A stretch of 64,000 nucleotides of DNA from Pristiophorus japonicus (Eukaryota). The notes below the pieces were generated by a model. The model had not been told where the DNA came from and searched no databases. It saw only the letters and a program-made list of their open reading frames with translations. Shown one piece after another: positions 35,021 through 48,239 of the stretch (its first letter is position 1; each line of letters begins with the position of its first letter). The stretch is taken from positions 219,170,001 to 219,234,000 of the forward strand of contig NC_091978.1 of assembly GCF_044704955.1 (NCBI RefSeq), in the 5' to 3' direction. A program made the translations under genes and the position numbers.

Positions 35021-35492
35021 CTTGTTAACCTGTGGAATTCCCTGCCGCAGAGAGTTGTTGATGCCAGTTCATTGGATAAATTCAAGAGGGAGTTAGATAT
35101 GCCCTTACGGCTAAAGGGATCAAAGGATATGGAGAAAAAGCAGGAAAGTGGTACTGAGGGAATGATCAACCATGATCTTATTGAAGGGTGGTGCAGGCTC
35201 GAAGGGCCGAATGGCCTACTCCTGCACCTGTTTTCTATGTTTCTTTGTCTCCCCTATCAGTGGAAACATCCTCTCTGCATTCACCCCGTCAAGCCCCTCA
35301 TATCTTATACGTTTTAATAAGCACCTCTCATTCTTCTGAATTCCAACGAGTAGAGGCCCAAGCTACTCAACCTTTCCTCATAAGTCAACCCCCTCATCTC
35401 CAGAATCAACCTAGTGAACCTTCTCTGAACTGCTTCCAAAGCAAGTATATCCGTTCGTAAATATGGAACCCAAACTGCATGCAGTATTCCAG
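35021..35492. mobile_element. Two adjacent CR1 fragments: + 3' end (35021-35245) and - fragment (35247-35492)
   Basis: VNLWNSLPQRVVDASSL plus 3'UTR and tail, then reverse-strand ORF2 C-terminal sequence. Confidence 0.85.
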
Positions 35493-36569
35493 GTTGTAGG
35501 GCTGGAGAAGGGTACAGAGATAGGGAAGGGTGAGGCCATTGAGGGAGATAAACACAAGGTTAAAAATTTAAAATTTGATGGAATAATTAACGATAATTAT
35601 TTGGAGTTCATGGAAAGTACACACCAACATTAAGGTACATGTATTAAAGTCATTTCTTCACTGATTTTCTTCAATTTTTGTTTCCTTTTCCTTCTGGTAC
35701 TCAAAACATTTGTTACAATTGTACATTATTCTTCACCATCAGAGCCACTACTGACAACAAGAGGTATCCCATTGGGAATTCCCCAATCTGACATATTTGC
35801 ATGAAGATGCATGTCAGGATGCACAGTAGCAGTTTGGCCCACCTAAGGGAAACTGCACTCCAGCATTTGCAAGCAGAGGCGATTAGTGCAGTTCGAGTCT
35901 CCTCTTCACAAAGGACCCAACGTCACCACTAAGATATGTGAACAGCTGGGCTAACTGTTAAGTTTCGTGCTTCCATGGAAGCACACCAATCCGAGTATGC
36001 CATGTTTTCAGTGGCACAGCTTGAAAGACGGCATGTCAGGGTGATCAACAGACAACATGTGACTAGTTGCATCTTCCAGGATGTCACCACCCATTTCTGT
36101 AGGCTCCAGCGTACCTTCCTGGCAATGACTATGAGGAACTGTCTGCTCAGGGTCTGGCTCAACAGAGCTTTGCCATCTGCTGCAAGGACACATCTACCTT
36201 GATGCATAGAGATGGCACATCCAGTGACAGTAATGGTCATCTGTGAGCTGAAACGTGGCAATGCTGATCTATGGAGAAAATGACATGCAGTGGGAAAGAG
36301 GGAAATGCTCCTTACAACCATCTTATCCATCAGCAATTCCACTTCATCAGCCATCAAACATTTGCTTGGATGCTAGGTTTGCTGCTCTCTTCCCTGAAAA
36401 CTCATGCCTGCACCTTCTTCTCTGCTCATATTTTCCTGTATTTTCTTAGAACCCCTGTCCTTTCAGACTTGACAAAGACTGACAATGGGTTAGATACATA
36501 TTGAGGCTCTCCAAAGACTTTCAGAATTATTGTTCTCATGTTATGACACTCCCTATATCACCATCCTTT

Positions 36570-37875
36570 GTTTTCATTCTCAGGGTGTGAGCATTGGTGG
36601 CAAGGCCAGCATTTATTGCCCATCCCTAGTTGTCCTAAAAAGTGGTGTTATGCTGCCTTCTTGAACTGCTGCAGTTTGTGTAGTGAAGATGATCCCACAA
36701 TACTGTTAGGTAGGGAGTTTCAGGTAGTTGTTCGATTTCAAGTTGTTAGATTTTCATAAAAGCCCAACTGAATCACTAATGTCCAGGCCAGTTGACCCTG
36801 CAAAGCCCTCCTCACTAACTTCTGCGGAAGGGTGCCAAAGTTGGAAGAGCAGTCTCACAGACTCGTCAGGCAGCAGCCTAACATAGCAATACTCACAAAA
36901 TCATACCTTTCAGCCAACGTCCCACATTCCTCCTTCATTAGATATGTCCTGGCCCATTGGCAGACACACCCATCCAAGATGGGGAAACAGTGGTATACAG
37001 TCCAGAAGTGGAGGCGGGGGGGTGACCCTGGAAATCCTTAACATTAACTCTGGACCCCATGAAGTCTCATGGCTTCAGGTCAAAGATGGGGAAGAAAACT
37101 TCCTGCTGATTACCGCCCTCCCTCAGCTGATGAATCAGTACTCTTCTATGTTGAATAGCACTTGAAAGAGGCACTGAGGGCAACACGCGCACAGATTATA
37201 CTCTGGGTGGGGGTTTTAATGTCAATCATCAAGATTGGCTTGATAATACAACCACTGACTGAGCTGGCCAAGTCCTGAAGGACACAGCTGCCACACTGAG
37301 CTTGGGACAGATGGTGAGAGAACCAATACGAGGGAATAACCTGCTTGACCAAGTCTTCATCAGTCTACCTGTCGCAGATGTGTCTTTTCATGACAGCATG
37401 ATCGGAGTGACCAACGCACAGTCCTTGTGGAGACGAAGTCCCGTCTTCTCACTGAGGACACCCTCCATCATGTTGCGTGATACTGTCACTGTGATAAGTG
37501 TGATTGTCAAAACTGGGATTCCATGAGGCACTGTGGGACATCAGCCACAGAATTGCATACAGCCATATCACAGATGACAGTCGTCAGCCAATTTGATTCA
37601 CTCTGAGTGACATCAAAAAATGTCTGGATGGGCACAGCAAAGGTTATGGGTCCCAACAAGATCCCGGCTGCAGTACTAAAGACCTGTGCTTTAGACTTAG
37701 CCATGCTCCAGTAGAGTTACAACATTGGCAATGTGGAAAATTACCCAGATATTCTTGTCCACAAAAAAGCAAGGCAAATCCAACTTGGCTAATTAATACT
37801 CTATCAGCTTATTCCCGATCATCAGCAAAGTGATGGAAGGAGTTGCCAACAGATCTATCAAGCAGCACTTACTCC
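36570..37875 (+). mobile_element. Old CR1/L2-clade LINE fragment (endonuclease and RT start)
   Basis: QQPNIAILTKSYL, GPHEVSWLQVK, EPIRGNNLLD, GPNKIPAAVLKTCA and ISL.PIISKVMEG traces. Confidence 0.7.
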
Positions 37876-38220
37876 CACTGCCTGTTCCAATCTGTCATGT
37901 ATGTAACCATCATGCAAATGTATGTAACCATCATGCAATGGTAACCTTCATGTAACTGTAACCTTCATGCAACTCCTATACACTGTACTTATACCCTAGA
38001 GATGCACACCCTGACCACAGGGGGTGAAATTGTGGGAGACACTCCTCACCTGGGCTTCCAGGTATAAAAGGGGAGGTCCCACCCAGGGTCAGCACTCCTT
38101 GGTCCTGGGGAATAAAGGTTAAGGACACGTAGTGAATGTGTCTACAGTACATGCCTCGTGTGATTTTAGTAAGGTGCAGAGACACCGCATTTGGCGACGA
38201 GAAACGGGAATCACCGAACT

Positions 38221-38838
38221 ATGAGGATGGCCACCGGTAGCACAGAGGAACGTTACTGTGTGGATGAGGACTGGGACGACTTTGTGGAGAGAATCCAACA
38301 GAGCTTTGTCACGAAGGACTGGCTGGGAGCGACAGCGGCTGACAAGCAGAGGGCGCATCTACTGACCAGCTGCGGGACACAGACATATGCGCTGATGAAA
38401 GACCTTCTCGCACCCCAAAAGCCAGCGGACAAGTCCTTTGAAGAGCTCAGCCAGCTGATCAGTGAGCATCTCAAGCTGGCGAGTAGCGTACATATGGCCC
38501 GGCACCAGTTCTACACACACCAGCGTCAGGAGGGACAAAACATCTCGGACTTCCTTGAGGACCTACGGCGCTTGGCCAGTCTCTGTAAGTTCACAGACGC
38601 CTGCAGGGGGGAGATGTTAAGGGACTTTTTCATTGAGGGCATTAATCATGCCGGGATTTTGAGGAAGCTCAAAGAGACCAAGGACTTGAATTTAGAAGGG
38701 GCGGCGTTGATAGCTCAGACCTTCATGGCAGGGGAAGAGGAGACCAAGGTAATTTATGCGCACAGCCCTGGTCCCAATGTGGCGATGGACCAGGGAATTA
38801 ACATGGTGAATGCGGCTCACAACAATATAATAACATAA
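38221..38838 (+). CDS. gag: Gypsy gag N-terminal part, interrupted by CR1
   Basis: EDWDDFVER..FV...LLTSCG..TYAL.KDLLAP..F..R.Q.EGQ....LRRLA..C.F...MLRDFF. Homologous to ORF 50890-52101. Confidence 0.88.
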   Translation: MRMATGSTEERYCVDEDWDDFVERIQQSFVTKDWLGATAADKQRAHLLTSCGTQTYALMKDLLAPQKPADKSFEELSQLISEHLKLASSVHMARHQFYTHQRQEGQNISDFLEDLRRLASLCKFTDACRGEMLRDFFIEGINHAGILRKLKETKDLNLEGAALIAQTFMAGEEETKVIYAHSPGPNVAMDQGINMVNAAHNNIIT

Positions 38839-41800
38839 GAACATAAGAACATAAGAACATAAGAATTAGGAACAGGAATAGGCCATCTAGCCCCTCGAGC
38901 CTGCTCCGCCATTCAACAAGATCATGGCTGATCTGGCCGTGGACTCAGCTCCACTTACCCGCCCGCTCCCCGTAACCCTTAATTCCCTGATTGGTTAAAA
39001 ATCTATCTATCTGTGATTTGAATACATTCAATGAGCTAGCCTCAACTTCTTCCTTGGGCAGAGGATTCCACAGATTCACAACCCTCTGGGAGAAGAAATT
39101 TCTTCTCAACTCGGTTTTAAATTGGCTCCCCCGTATTTTGAGGCTGTGCCCCCTAGTTCTAGTCTCCCCGACCAGTGGAAACAATCTCTCTGCCTCGATC
39201 TTGTCTATCCCTTTCATTATTTTAAATTTTCTATAAGATCACTCCTCATCCTTCTGAACTCCAACGAGTAAAGACCCAGTCTACTCAATCTATCATCATA
39301 AGGTAACCCCCTCATCTCCGGAATCAGCCTAGGGAATCGTCTCTGTACCCCTTCCAAAGCTAGTATATCCTTCCTTAAGTGTGGTGACCAAAACTACACG
39401 CAGTACTCCAGGTGCGGCCTCACCAATACCCTATACAGTTGCAGCAGGACCTCCCTGCTTTTGTACTCCATCCCTCTCGCAATGAAGGCCAACATTCCAT
39501 TTGCCATAATGCGCCTGAAAACTAACTTTTTGGGATTCATGCACAAGGACCCCCAGGTCCCTCTGCACCTCAGCATGTTGTAATTTCTTCCCATTCAAAT
39601 AATATTCCCTTTTACTGTTTTTTTTTCCAAGGTGGATGACCTCACATTTTCCGACATTGTATTCCATCTGCCAAACCTTAGCCCATTCGCTTAACCTATC
39701 TAAATCTCTTTGCAGCCTCTCTGTGTCCTGTATACAAACCGCTTTCCCACTAATCTTTGTGTCATCTGCAAATTTTGTTACACTACACTCTGTCCCCTCT
39801 TCCAGGTCATCTATGTAAGTTGTAAACAGTTGTGGTCCCAGCACCGATCCCTGTGGCACACCAGTAACCACCGATTTCCAACCCAAAAAGGATCCATTTA
39901 TCCTGACTCTCTGCTTTCTGTTAGCCAGCCAATTCTCGATCCATGCTAATACATTTCCTCTGACTCCGCGTACCTTTATCTTCTGCAGCAACCTTTTGTG
40001 TGGCACCTTATCGGAATGCCTTTTGGAAATCTAAATACACCACATCCATCGGTACACCTCTATCCACCATGCTCGTTATATCCTCAAAGATTTCCAGTAA
40101 ATTACTTAAACATGATTTCCCCTTCATGAATCCATGTTGCGTCTGCTTGATTGCACTATTCCTATCTAGATGTCCCGTTATTTCTTCCTTAATGATAGCT
40201 TCAAGCATTTTCCCCACTACAGATGTTAAACTAACTAGCCTATAGTTACCTGTCTTTTGTCTGCCCCCTTTTTTAAACAGAGGCATTACATTAGCTGCTT
40301 TCCAATCCGCTGGTACCTCCCCAGAGTCACGAGAATTTTGGTAGATTATCACGAATGCATCTGCTATAACTTCTGCCATCTCTTTTAATACCCTGGGATG
40401 CATTTCATCAGGACCAGGGGACTTGTCTACCTTGAGTCCCATTAGCCTGTCCAGCACTACCCCCCCGAGTGATAGTGATTGTCTCAAGGTCCTCCCTTCC
40501 CACATTCCTGTGACCAGCAATTTTTGGCATGGTTTTTGTGTCTTCCACTGTGAAGACTGAAGCAAAATAATTGTTTAAAGTGTCAGCCATTTCCACATTT
40601 CCCATTATTAAATTCCCCTTCTCATCTTCTAAGGGACCAACATTTACTTTAGTCACTCTTTTCCGTTTTATATATCGGTAAAGTTTTTACTATCTGTTTT
40701 TATGTTTTGCGCAAGTTTGCTTTCGTAATCTATCTTTCCTTTCTTTGTTGCTTTCTTAGTCATTCTTTGCTGTCATTTAAAATTTTCCCAATCTTCTAGT
40801 TTCCCACTAACCTTGGCCACCTTATACTCATTGGTTTTTAATTTGATACTCTCCTTTATTTCCTTGGTTATCCACGGCTGGTTATCCCTTCTCTTACCGC
40901 CCTTCTTTTTCACTGGAATATATTTTTGTTGAGCACGATGAAAGAGTTCCACTGTTCCTCAATTGTGCCACCGTTTAGTCTGTGTTTCCAGTCTACTTTA
41001 GCCAACTCTGCCCTCATCCCACTGTAGTCCCCTTTGTTTAAGCAGAGTATGCTCGTTTGAGACACTACTTCCTCACCCTCAATCTGTATTCCAAATTCAA
41101 CCATACTGTGATCCCTCATTCCGAGAGGATCTTTTATTAGGAGATCGTTTATTATTTCTGTCTCATTACACAGGACCAGATCTAAGATAGCTTGCTCCCT
41201 TGTAGGTTCTGTAACATACTGTTCTAAGAAACAATCCCGTATGCATTCTATGAATTCCTCCTCAAGGCTACCCTGTGCAATTTGATTTGACCAATCGATA
41301 TGTAGGTTAAAATCCCCCATGATTACTGCCGTTCCTTTTTCACATGCCTCCATTATTCCCTTGATTATTGTCCGCCCCATCGTGAAGTTATTATTTGGGG
41401 GCCTATAAACTACGCCCACCAGTGACTTTTTCCCCTTACTATCTCTAATCTCCACCGACAATGATTCAACATTTTGTTCATTGGAGCCATTATCATCTCT
41501 CACAACTGCCCTGATATCATCCTTTAATAACAGAGCTACCCCACCTCCTTTCCCTTCTTGTCTATCCTTCCAAATTGTCAGATACCCCTGTATGTTTAAG
41601 TCCCAGTCTTGGCCATCCTGCAACCACGTTTTTGTCATGGCCACCAAATCACACCCATTTGTAATGATTTGTGCCGTCAACTCATTTACTTTATTTTGAA
41701 TGCTGCGTGCGTTTAGGTAGAGTGTTTTAATACTGGTTTTTAAACCATGATTTTTAGTTTTGACCCCTCCTGCAGCCCCTTTATATTCATACATATTGTC

Positions 41801-41905
41801 TCTTCCTATCACCTTGTGCTTTACACTTACCCCAGTGCTACTCTGCTCTGCTGCCTCCTGCCTTTTGCATTCTTTCTTGGGGTCCTGTTCATCTGCGCTC
41901 TCCCC
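38830..41905 (-). mobile_element. CR1 LINE with near-complete, frameshifted ORF2
   Basis: (AACATAAG)n tail at 38830-38865. APE motifs YLNARSI, GGGVAL, YRPP, GDFN, DH. RT motifs GVPQGSVLGP and KFADDTK. Confidence 0.95.
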
Positions 41906-44499
41906 CACCCCTTCCACCACCCCCCATCCCCACCACGGGCTTCTTTTTAAGCCAAGCTGCAAGCCCCTGTGTCTGGGCGAGGGAACGATTCTGCCAGCCG
42001 ATGCTCCGACCCTCGAGCCTGGTTTGGAGACATTCAGTGGTGGTATGGCATTAAAAAAATCAAAACTTAAAGAATTCCATGAAACTTCCATTTTCTGCGT
42101 TTTAATTTGTTCTTAACCATGCTTTGGGACCGAAGTGGCTTGAGGGCATTGTAATTGGCAAAGAAGGGAATAGGGTCATAGTGGTCAGATGGGCAGATGG
42201 GCAGATATGCCGCAAACACTTGGACCAAGTAAAGAAAAAGTTCAGCTTAGACACGGAGGAACCTGAAGAAGGGCATGAGATGTCACCCACACCACTGTCA
42301 GTGGACGAGCAACAAGGACAGTCCACAGCATGCACAGTCCCTGCGGCCAGCCCAGACAGGCCAGAATCACCTCAGGTAACAGAGACGCATGCCAAAGCTC
42401 AGTCACCAGAGCTCCAACTGCGGCGCTCCACAAGAGAGCGTCGACCACCTGAAAGACTTAACCTTTGACACAAAAATACGTAAGGGGGAGGTGATGTCAT
42501 GTATGTAACCATCATGCAACGGTAACCTTCATGTAACTGTAACCTTCATGCAACTCCTATACACTGTACTTATACCCTAGAGATGCACACCCTGACCACA
42601 GGGGGTGAACTTGTGGGAGACACTCCTCACCTAGGCTTCCAAGTATAAAAGGGGAGGTCCCACTCAGGGTCAGCACTCCTTGGTCCTGGGGAATAAAAGT
42701 TAAGGTCAGGTAGTGACTGTGTCTGCAGTACACGCCTCGTGTGAGTTTGTAGTAAGGTGCAGAGACACCACACAATCCCCTCCACTATTAACTTCCAGCC
42801 CTGGACAAATCTACTCCCAAACTCCGTCACGCATGGCATTTCACACTACAACCTTTCCCTTCCCCATCACTGGCATAATACTGATGCCTCGGGTGAATAA
42901 AGGTTGACTTCTTGAATTCCCTTGACAGTTGCTCCTTTATCCATCACACCCTCTCTCATCATCTCTGCTCTGTCATCTCCCAAGTTTTTTAGAAGTCTCC
43001 TTTTAACAATTTTTCTTTCATCTTTATTGTTATGTCTATGCTTTATTTATATAGTAAACCTAAGGCACTCGGTATATTATTATTGAGAAATCAAGGAAAA
43101 GGAAAATGCTCATTGTGCAAGATCCAAGGCTGAAAAGAGAAAAAAAATGAGAAATCAACAAGTAGTAATTACACAATAGTAAGCTGTGTTTTAAAAATCT
43201 GTAGATTGTAGAAGAAAGGAAAGATTAACAGGAAGGAATTCCATGAGGTCCTGAGAAAGAATGAGAATGAGTTACAGTATAAGATTATGTGATGAAGTTC
43301 TCGAGCACATTATCTGTTTCAGTTCCATCAGTGTGGAATTTGAGACCAGGAAATCAGACAGGGAGTCCTTTTATTCTGAGATCTCACCCAATTTATGCAG
43401 TGTGCAATTTGCCGACTTGAGGTGCTCTCACATGAGATGTGGTAACTTAATTTCAATAGTATAATAAGTGTAAGTTAATAAAGGAAAGTGTGATTTCCAT
43501 CTATTTAGAATGGGACTGTGCTGTGTGTTCTTCTCACCCACCTGGAATGGGCACAAAGGAAAACTCAAAGTTCAACGGGGCACTTAAAGGGGACTTTTTG
43601 GTATTTTATATTCAATTTTCATTTTTGTACTATCTTTAGCTCAGTGGGTTTGTGTGTTTTTTTTGGCTTTTTTCTCAATTTTTAAATTCATATATGTCTA
43701 TTTAAAATTATTTTTGTTAATCAGACATAACGGAGCATTTATGTTTAAGCAAAAACAGATGAACACCTGAAAAATTATTGGAGAGCCAACTATAATTGAA
43801 GCAGTTACAAAAATTCAGTAGGGAAGGAAGAGCTTTAGAAAAGCGACATACCAAAGGATTATTCAGTTTTTCAGTGCAAGGGCTTCACATTTATTTTTCA
43901 GATTTTCCAAAGGTTGCACGCAGGAAACAAAGTTGGAAAACAAAGAAGAGAAGACAAAAAAATCCTGGAGACAAGAAGTAGAGTCTGTGGGCAAATGATG
44001 AACCAGTGTAACTGTTTGATGGCTTGTGAAGTCTAGGTACTGCTGCACAAAGTTGGTGTTTGTAACTCCAGGGCACCTACGTCAATGGACAGCAGTGCAG
44101 TATGCCTAGCAGAAGATGCTAGTCCGGATACAATATCCACGCAAACTGGGAACAGAAGAAAAAGAAGATGGCACACCTTTACCAATCTGGGGAGGTAAGA
44201 CTACCCGACAGTATCACTTACCAAGTTGATAGTCCAAATACACATGGCGCGAAATGTTGCCTGTTAACCTGTTGCACATTTACTGCCACCCATGCCAAGG
44301 TCTAACACTATCTTACAGCTCTTTGATTGCGAACCCATTCTTTAGCAAGGCATTCATTCAAGTTAAAGTCTCATTTTCATTGGTCTACAAAATAAAATAA
44401 TTGTAACACAACCAAGCTGCATGGTCAGTTGCTGACACCAGGATGGACTGCAGGTTTGACACATGTCTGATACCTTGTATATGCTCCTTCAACGTACAT

Positions 44500-46324
44500 G
44501 TCAAGACTACATCTCCGTGAGACCCCAACACTGCACGAGGTAGAAAAAGCCATAAGACAGCTAAAAAACAACAAGGCTAAGTGGAGCGGATGGAATCCCT
44601 GCTGAGGCACTGAGGCATGGCGGCGAGGCACTACTGGCGCGAATACATGACCTCATCTCTCATCTGAGGGAGGAGAGCATGGCGGGAGATCTTAGAGATG
44701 CAGTGATCATGACCATCTTTAAAAAAGGGGACAAGTCCGACTGCGGCAACTATAGGGGAATCTCCCTGTTATCAGCCACTGGGAAAGTCATTGCTAGAGT
44801 CCTCCTCAACCGTCTTCTCCCCGTGGCCGAGGAGCACCTCCCGGAGTCGCAGTGCGGATTTCGTCTCCCCGAGGGCACAACGGACACGATTTTTGCAGCA
44901 CGACAGCTGCAGGAAAAATGCAGGAAACAGCGCCAGCCCTTATACATGGCCTACTTCGACCTTACAAAGGCCTTTGACACCGTCAATCACGAGGGTCTAT
45001 GGAGCATCCTCCTCCATTTCGGATGCCCCCAAAAGTACGTCACCATCCTCCACCTGCTCTACGACGACATGCAGGCGGAGGATGGTGATGTACTTTTGGG
45101 GACCGTGATGGATCCTTACCAACAGATCCATCACAGACCCAACCCGGGGTCAAGCAGGGCTGTGTCATCGCCCCAACCCTCTTTTCAATCTTCCTTACTG
45201 CCATGCTCCACCTCATAGTTGACAAGCTCCCCGCTGGAGTGGAACTAAACTACAGAACAAGTGCGAAGCTGTTCAACCTTCGCCGTCTCCAGGCCAGGCC
45301 CAAGACCACCCAACCTCTGTTGTCGAGCTACAGTACGCGGACGATGCCTGCATCTGAGCACACACAGAGGCTGAACTCCAGGACAGAGTCGACGTATTTA
45401 CTGAGGCGTATGAAAGCATGGGCCTTACGCTAAACATCAGTAAGACAAAGGTCCTCCACCAGCCTGTCCTCGCCGCACAGCACTGCTCTCCAGACATCAA
45501 GATCCATGGTGCAGCCCTGGACAACATGGACCACTTCCCTTATCTCGGGAGCCTCCTATCAACACGTGCAGGCAGTGACGACGAGATCCAACACTGCCTC
45601 CAGGTCGCCAGTGCGGCCTTCGGCCGCCTGAGGAAAAGAGTGCTTGAAGACCAGGCCCTCAAAACTGTCATCAAGCTCATGGTCTACTGGGCCGTAGTAA
45701 TACCCGCCTTCCTGTATGGCTCAGAGACGTGGACCATGTACAGTAAACACCTCAAATTGCTGGAGAAATACCACCAACGATGTCTCCGCAAGATCCTACA
45801 AATCCCCTGGGAGAACAGATGCACCAACATTAGCGTCCTCGCCCAGGCCAACATCCCCAGCATTGAAGCACTGACCACACTTGATCAGCTCCGCTGGGCA
45901 GGCCACATAGTTTGCATGCCAGACACGAGACTCCCAAAGCAAGCGCTCTACTCGGAACTCGTCCATGGCAAATGAGCCAAAGGTGGGCAGCGGAAACGTT
46001 ACAAGGACACCCTCAAAGCCTCCCTGATAAAGTGCGATATTCCCACTGACACCTGGAAGTCCCTGGCCAAAGACCGCCCTAAGTGGAGGAAGTGCATCCG
46101 GGAGGGCGCTAAGCATCTCGGGTCTCATCGCCGAGAGCATGCAGAAACCAAGTGCAGGCAGCGGAAGGAACCAGACTCCCTGCCCACCCTTTCCTTCAAC
46201 TACTATCTGTCCCACCTGTGACAGAGACTGTGGCTCTTGTATTGGATTGTACAGCCACTGAAGAACCCATGCTAAGAGTGGAAGCAAGTCTTCCTCGATT
46301 CTGAGGGACTGCCTATGATGATGA
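44500..46324 (+). mobile_element. 5'-truncated RTE-clade LINE
   Basis: KKGDKSDCGNYRGISLLS, PESQCGFR, DLTKAFD, GVKQGCVIAP, LQYADD, QLRWAGH..MPD.RLPK, a C-terminal Cys/His finger and an (ATG)n tail. Confidence 0.93.
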
Positions 46325-48239
46325 CATATTATAAATCCTGACAGGCTTTGCAAAGGCTGAAAAATAATTTATCTCCATATGCAGCCAATTACCTTTTTAC
46401 TAGCTGCAACTCATTAATTCTGGCCTGCATCCCTTTGAGGGCTGATGATGTACATTGTTTCCTATCTCGTCTTCCATTTGGCAAACTCCTACTTGCAAGG
46501 CCAGTCAGGCTGCAAGGTCATTTTACATACGAAATGAGGACAATCATGAAATATCCTGAAGGTTTGGTCCTTTCTGATTTATGCAAGTGAAATGTTTGGA
46601 GCACTTTGGTCCTGCTGATCAGTGATGGGACTGGAAAATGATCCTTCACTTCAACACAGCGGGATTTCAGGAAGGGGAAGAGGAAGAGCCAGTAGGATGG
46701 TTTATTTGAAGGTAGAAGAAACACGAGATGAAAGCTTTGAAAGATCGCTGATCTTCACAGTATCTAAGATAAAGAAGGACAAGAAAATTTGCATGATTGC
46801 TGTCATAAAAGAAAGCATAACAACAATCTTGCTCATGTGTATTTAATTGCATTGGAAAAATACGTACAGGCCAATTTTACCAATGCACATGCTCAGCAGT
46901 GACCCTCACCTGGCAGGTGTGCAATCTCATAAAATCAGCCCAATAAGTCAGTTCCATATCTTCCGCATCTAAAGTGTTCCCAGTTTCTGTCAAATTGGCA
47001 AAACAGGGGAGCAAAGCAATACCGTGTATGGAGCACCAGTTCATGACCTGATGGAGTGCTGGGATGCTGATTCAGTTTCTCACCGCGCTGAATTCTCGTG
47101 TGCAGTCATGAAGGTGGAAAGCCAAGGTCAGAGGTTTCTTTGCAGCAGGGAGAAAACAGTTGGAGGCCAGCCAAAATTAAAGGAGGCCCTTGAGCAGGCC
47201 ACTTGCCCACTCTCACAGTTGCATGTTTCATGAAGAATGAATAAAGTGGAACAAATGGGAGAGAGAAGGCAACATGCCTTCTAAAAGAATAAATATTTCA
47301 AAAAAGAATTGCATGACAAGTTTTCTCAACATATAATTTACTAGCATTTCTCTGTTATTCACAGCTAAAACTAAACTAAGTAATGGTTTATAAAAAAATC
47401 CAAGGATGAAAGCTGTGAACTCCGAAATGTATTTTTATCACTTCAAAGTCCTGCTCACATGGGGGAGAGGTGAACATTTTTAATCACATTTGAATGCTGC
47501 TTCTTTGGATTTTAAAAAGCATTTGTATTATTCCCAGTCCTGGTTCAAGCAGTATTGGTTGAAAATTGAAAATGTTCCAGCAGCTGCCTTTTTTGTAACT
47601 GGAGCATTCATGCATGGAATATGGTTGCAAAATTATTATTGTGCAAGAGTTATTCTGACTATACATATTATTCAAATTTTATCTGGCTTAGGTGAGATGG
47701 CAAGATTTGTTTAAGGCAATTAGGAAAGAATTATGACATTTCTACATCAACATCAACCAGTTCAAAGATTTACATGTTTTAAAAATAGAGTTTATGCAAG
47801 ATATTGGCCAATTCGCAATTGGTATGACGGCGTATTCTCAGATTACGGCTTCATACCGCTTTTGAAATTAACCGCAAGTCCTGGATTTTTGCAAGCGCTT
47901 GCACATTACGAACTTGCGATCTGTCAAGTTCCGGCTGCATACCGACTTTGCGGCACATTTCACCACCTCATTCAAATCAACGTGCTAGTGAGAAGTTAGG
48001 CAAATTGCCCACCTACTGCAAAATAGTTACCCTGAAAATATTTACATCTGGTGCAAACACGCAGGAGTATGTTGCACAGCAGAGGGGGAGTGTGGGATAA
48101 AAAAAATTGTATTACATAAGAACATAATAAGAGCAGGAGTTGGCCCTTTGGCCCCTCAAGCTTGCTCCGCCATTTAATAAGATCATGGCTGATCTGATCT
48201 TGGACTCAGCTCCACTTCCCCACCCGCTCCCCATAACCG

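Larger units (their letters stand above)
37893..42772 (+). mobile_element. Gypsy/Ty3 LTR retrotransposon, internally deleted, carrying a nested CR1
   Basis: LTRs 37893-38189 and 42495-42772 (TG..CA). TSD CAATC (37888-37892 and 42773-42777). PBS TGGCGACGAG (Ser-like). PPT AAGGGGGAGG. gag at 38221-38820 and integrase C-terminus at 42124-42468. Confidence 0.93.

Noticed and set aside
35021-35492. Twin-priming inversion of a single CR1
   Set aside because: The inverted piece lies downstream of the tail and looks like another subfamily. Two separate insertions are more likely.
35880-36430. Possible further Harbinger transposase relic (RTFLAMT..CLLR, PVTV.V)
   Set aside because: Similarity too faint to list as a feature without a profile search.
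40910-42091. 393-aa ORF as a novel fusion protein
   Set aside because: It is the CR1 endonuclease frame extended by chance into antisense flanking sequence.
47484-47714. Hydrophobic ORF suggesting a host membrane-protein exon
   Set aside because: AT-rich, no recognisable motif and no convincing splice sites.
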